Shown: one piece after another, positions 61,076-64,000 of the stretch
Position numbering within the stretch: position 1 is the first letter of the stretch
How the letters are laid out: every line of letters begins with the position of its first letter
Position numbers and translations under genes: made by a program
Source: Capsulimonadales bacterium
GTDB taxonomy: Bacteria; Armatimonadota; Armatimonadia; Armatimonadales; Armatimonadaceae
DNA: 64,000 nucleotides
Assembly: GCA_033762295.1 (NCBI GenBank)
Contig: JANRLW010000014.1
Span: 1 to 64,000 of the forward strand
Direction: 5' to 3'
The notes under the pieces: model-generated
Told to the model about the DNA's origin: nothing
Databases searched by the model: none
The model's input: the letters and a program-made list of their open reading frames with translations, nothing else

Positions 61076-61591
61076 ATGCGTATCTATGTGGGCGGGCTGC
61101 CTTACAGTGTCAACTCGGAGCAGCTTGCGGAATTGTTTGGTCAGGTCGGAACGGTTGCCGACGCGGCGGTTGTCGAGGACAAGTTCTCCGGTCAGTCGCG
61201 CGGCTTCGGCTTTGTCGAGATGTTGAATGAGGATGAGGCTCGGGCAGCGATCACACGTTATAACGGCTTTATGATGGGCGGACGCTCGCTGACGGTCAAC
61301 GAAGCGAAACCCCGTGATGACCGGGGTGGCGGCGGACGCGGCGGCTACGGCGGCGGTGGTGGCGGCGGCTACCGTGACAGCGGCGGTGGTGGCGGCGGCT
61401 ACCGCGATCGCGACAGCGGTGGTGGTGGCTACGGCGGTGGCGGTGGCGGCTACGGTGGCGGCGGCTACGGCGGTGGCGGCGGACGCAGTGGCGGCGGTGG
61501 CTACGGCGGTGGCGGCGGACGTAGCGGCGGCGGTGGCTACGGCGGTGGCGGCGGACGCGGCGGACGAGATCGCGACCGAGATCGCTATTGA
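61076..61591 (+). CDS. RRM RNA-binding protein with a glycine-rich tail
   Basis: RNP2 IYVGGL, RNP1 RGFGFVEM, VNEAKPR, GGY/RGG tail. Confidence 0.95.
   Translation: MRIYVGGLPYSVNSEQLAELFGQVGTVADAAVVEDKFSGQSRGFGFVEMLNEDEARAAITRYNGFMMGGRSLTVNEAKPRDDRGGGGRGGYGGGGGGGYRDSGGGGGGYRDRDSGGGGYGGGGGGYGGGGYGGGGGRSGGGGYGGGGGRSGGGGYGGGGGRGGRDRDRDRY
61330..61565 (+). repeat. Coding GGY/GGR low-complexity repeats
   Basis: GGCGGTGGCTACGGCGGTGGCGGCGGACG units repeated. Confidence 0.8.
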
Positions 61592-61717
61592 TTTTTCCCA
61601 CCGTTTTCGAGGGCGGAGGGCGGCCCGTCAACGAAGACGATGCATGGGACAGGGCAGGGACCGAACGGGTTCCTGCCCTTTTCGCATCTCCGGCCCACCG
61701 CTCCGACCGACCGACGG

Positions 61718-62446
61718 CTAAAGGAGCCCGGTTCGCTCGCCGGTCAGAAACGGCCAGACCCGTTCCGGCAGGCCGTATCCGATCAGCCCGCCGATGATTG
61801 TGGACAGACCGCCGAGAACGCCGTACAAGACCGCGCGCGACCAGGAGCCCTCCTTCAGCGTCCGATGAGCCAGCGGCGCGAGGCAGAAGCCGATGAACAG
61901 TTCGGCGAGGATGATATAGAGCGGCGTATGCGTCCCGGGAAGCATCCGGCAATCGCGGTACTGCCACCAGTTCGCATATCGGGCCATCTCTTCGTAGAAC
62001 GGGATATTGACCGCCCCGAGGAGAGCGGTCAGGAACGCTCCCGTCCACTCGCCGAAGCGATCGATCATCCGGGAGCCAAGATAACCGATCTGGATCGAGA
62101 CGACCATCCAGGCGACCGGCATCCACCATGGCGACTCCAGGATCATCGGGCTTTTCGCGGGGGAGTAATCCAGGGTGCCGGTAAACCGAACGCAAAGAGC
62201 ATCCGCCACCAGTTCGACCAGACCGAAGACGGCGCCGAATACAAGGAGTCGGGCAAACGGCCGGTCACGGCGAAAAAGCGCGTACGCCGTCAACAGGGAG
62301 GTGTTCACGATGCCGAGAAGGGCGGCGGTTTTTCCGTCCGACCACGGCTGGCGAAAAACAAGGGCGATGGTAAGAAGGGACAGTCCGACGGTCAGAAGGA
62401 CCACCGTCAGTCGGCCTTTTTCCGGTTCGGGATCGGTCGTTATCAT
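61718..62446 (-). CDS. Hypothetical multi-TM membrane protein
   Basis: About 6-7 TM helices; EL.AD..CV...GTL.Y, P.WM...W, WW.Y; start uncertain. Confidence 0.7.
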   Translation of the reverse strand: MITTDPEPEKGRLTVVLLTVGLSLLTIALVFRQPWSDGKTAALLGIVNTSLLTAYALFRRDRPFARLLVFGAVFGLVELVADALCVRFTGTLDYSPAKSPMILESPWWMPVAWMVVSIQIGYLGSRMIDRFGEWTGAFLTALLGAVNIPFYEEMARYANWWQYRDCRMLPGTHTPLYIILAELFIGFCLAPLAHRTLKEGSWSRAVLYGVLGGLSTIIGGLIGYGLPERVWPFLTGERTGLL

Positions 62447-62769
62447 CGTCAATTTCCGACGATCCGGGGGCCGGTTCGGTTCCCGAATTCCGCCCGTCCG
62501 CCTTCCCGTCAAGGAGACATTTTTATACATATATTAATCGAAGTGGCGGGGGGTCGTAGGAGCGAAACCGTTTGCCCTGTGTTTGCCCTTCAATGATATG
62601 TACTGCCTTTTACAAACGAATGTTTGCCGTCTTCGCACGATTCCGGAAGTTATGTGCAGGTTCTGCGTAATGAATGCGGTTCTTCCCAAGAGAAATTTTC
62701 TGTGCTACTTGACGTTGCATTTTGCCGCTCCCGTGCGTGTCTTGCGCGTTATCCTCGCTTAAAAAACTG

Positions 62770-62798
62770 TTGCCGGGGGGTAGCACATTTGCTATAAT
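62770..62798 (+). promoter_or_regulatory. sigma70 promoter of dnaA
   Basis: TTGCCG-17 bp-TATAAT with extended TG. Confidence 0.7.
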
Positions 62799-62911
62799 CC
62801 TGCCCGTACCCCACCACCGGTAGTGTTTTTCGCCTCGTATCGCTCGGCAACGAGCGATTTTCGCATTTCTGTCGGATGGGGATACCGGGGAAGGGTTGTG
62901 GCGAAACGACG

Positions 62912-64000
62912 GTGAGTGATCAACTTCGTTTTGAAGATGAAGAGGTCAATATCACTCTGCGGCGCGCCTGGGACCGGGCGTTGCGCACGCTGTCGTCACG
63001 TGTCAACAAGCCCACGTTCGAGACCCACATCCGGTCGATTCGTCCGATGGCGCTGGCGGAACGCGTCGACGCCGGAAAGAATATATACTTAATTACACTA
63101 GGTGTCCCCTCGGCTTTCACCCGCGAATGGGTGGAAAAACGTCATGCCTCGCTGATCGCCGGCATCCTCGAGGAGATCTTCGACCGGGACGTTCGCCTGG
63201 AGTTCGTTCTCTCGCCGCGTGAAAAACCCGCCTCGGACGGCCGTGGGAAAACGCCATTTCCCGCTCTGTTCGGCGAGGATACCGACCTTTCGGGCGGCGG
63301 AGCTCCCTCGCCGGTCCCCTCCCCCACTCCGCCTGCTCCCGGTAAAGCGGCGACGCCTCCCGTCCTGACGGCGGATGAGGAGTTCGCACTGGCACCCGCG
63401 CCGGAGCGACCGTTAACCGTTCGCACTCCGAGATCCGTCCCGACCCCGGAAAGGCACGGTACGGTCCGAAAATCGACCGCCGACACCGCTGCGGACCGTG
63501 AGACGGCAATTGCTCCCTCCCGGGGCGTTCCGGCCCGTAGCGGGGCAAATTCCGCCGGGTATGCGGACGCGCCTCTTCTGAACCCTCGCTACACGTTCGA
63601 CAATTTCGTGGTCGGCGCTTCCAATCGTCTGGCTCATGCCGGCGCACGGGCCGTCGCGGAAGCGCCGGGCGCCGTTTACAACCCCCTGTTCCTCTACGGA
63701 CCGCCCGGGCTGGGAAAGACGCACCTGATGCACGCGATCGGCAACGAGATCGTCCTGCAGCACGGTATCGAATCGCATCGTATCGCCTACCTGTCCGGCG
63801 AAGCGTTCGCCTCCTCGTTCATCACGAGTTTACGGGAGCATCGAACCGACGACTTTCGCCGCCGCTGGCGTTCGATGGACCTTTTCCTGGTGGACGATAT
63901 TCAGTTCATCGCCGGAAAGGAGCATACGAAGGAGGAGTTCTTCCACACTTTCAACGCCCTGTACCAGATGGGCAAACAGATCGTCATTTCGTCCGACCGT
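62912..64000 (+). CDS. dnaA: Chromosomal replication initiator DnaA (3' truncated by the window; absent from the ORF track)
   Basis: Hand translation: [11 protein letters not shown]...[70 protein letters not shown]. Confidence 0.96.
   Translation, partial: MSDQLRFEDEEVNITLRRAWDRALRTLSSRVNKPTFETHIRSIRPMALAERVDAGKNIYLITLGVPSAFTREWVEKRHASLIAGILEEIFDRDVRLEFVLSPREKPASDGRGKTPFPALFGEDTDLSGGGAPSPVPSPTPPAPGKAATPPVLTADEEFALAPAPERPLTVRTPRSVPTPERHGTVRKSTADTAADRETAIAPSRGVPARSGANSAGYADAPLLNPRYTFDNFVVGASNRLAHAGARAVAEAPGAVYNPLFLYGPPGLGKTHLMHAIGNEIVLQHGIESHRIAYLSGEAFASSFITSLREHRTDDFRRRWRSMDLFLVDDIQFIAGKEHTKEEFFHTFNALYQMGKQIVISSDR

Noticed and set aside
61330..61565. GGC-rich repeat as a non-coding element
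   Set aside because: Fully explained by the Gly-rich tail of the RRM protein

Overview
High-GC bacterial chromosome segment, most likely Armatimonadota (inferred from three FTLIELLVV...FPVFAQAR / H-X9-DG DUF1559 prepilin-like genes, sepF, flgM and alpha2-type GlyRS). It lies next to the replication origin region: parAB, six parS sites, and dnaA running off the right edge. Housekeeping content: sbcCD, gatCA, glyQS, eno, yggS-sepF-proC, pstS/pstC-pstA fusion/pstB/phoU, ACT protein plus aspartate kinase, and a split atp operon ending at atpA. Accessory content: an mntR-ferritin/VIT1-mntH-DUF1559 metal operon with a perfect 39-bp operator palindrome, a DUF4402 pilin/chaperone/usher-like operon, NfeD-flotillin, two PhyH dioxygenases, and secreted enzymes. 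Best candidate for an undescribed system: DUF1559 pseudopilins that appear wired to different nutrient-limitation regulons. One sits in the MntR operon, one has the same PHO-box promoter architecture as pstS, and one has a LacI-like site. Also notable: two sigma54 promoters driving tiny ORFs or an sRNA, several leaderless genes, and a probable IS200/IS605 end at the left edge. No rRNA, tRNA or CRISPR array was recognised. All calls are by-eye motif recognition; no database searches were run.
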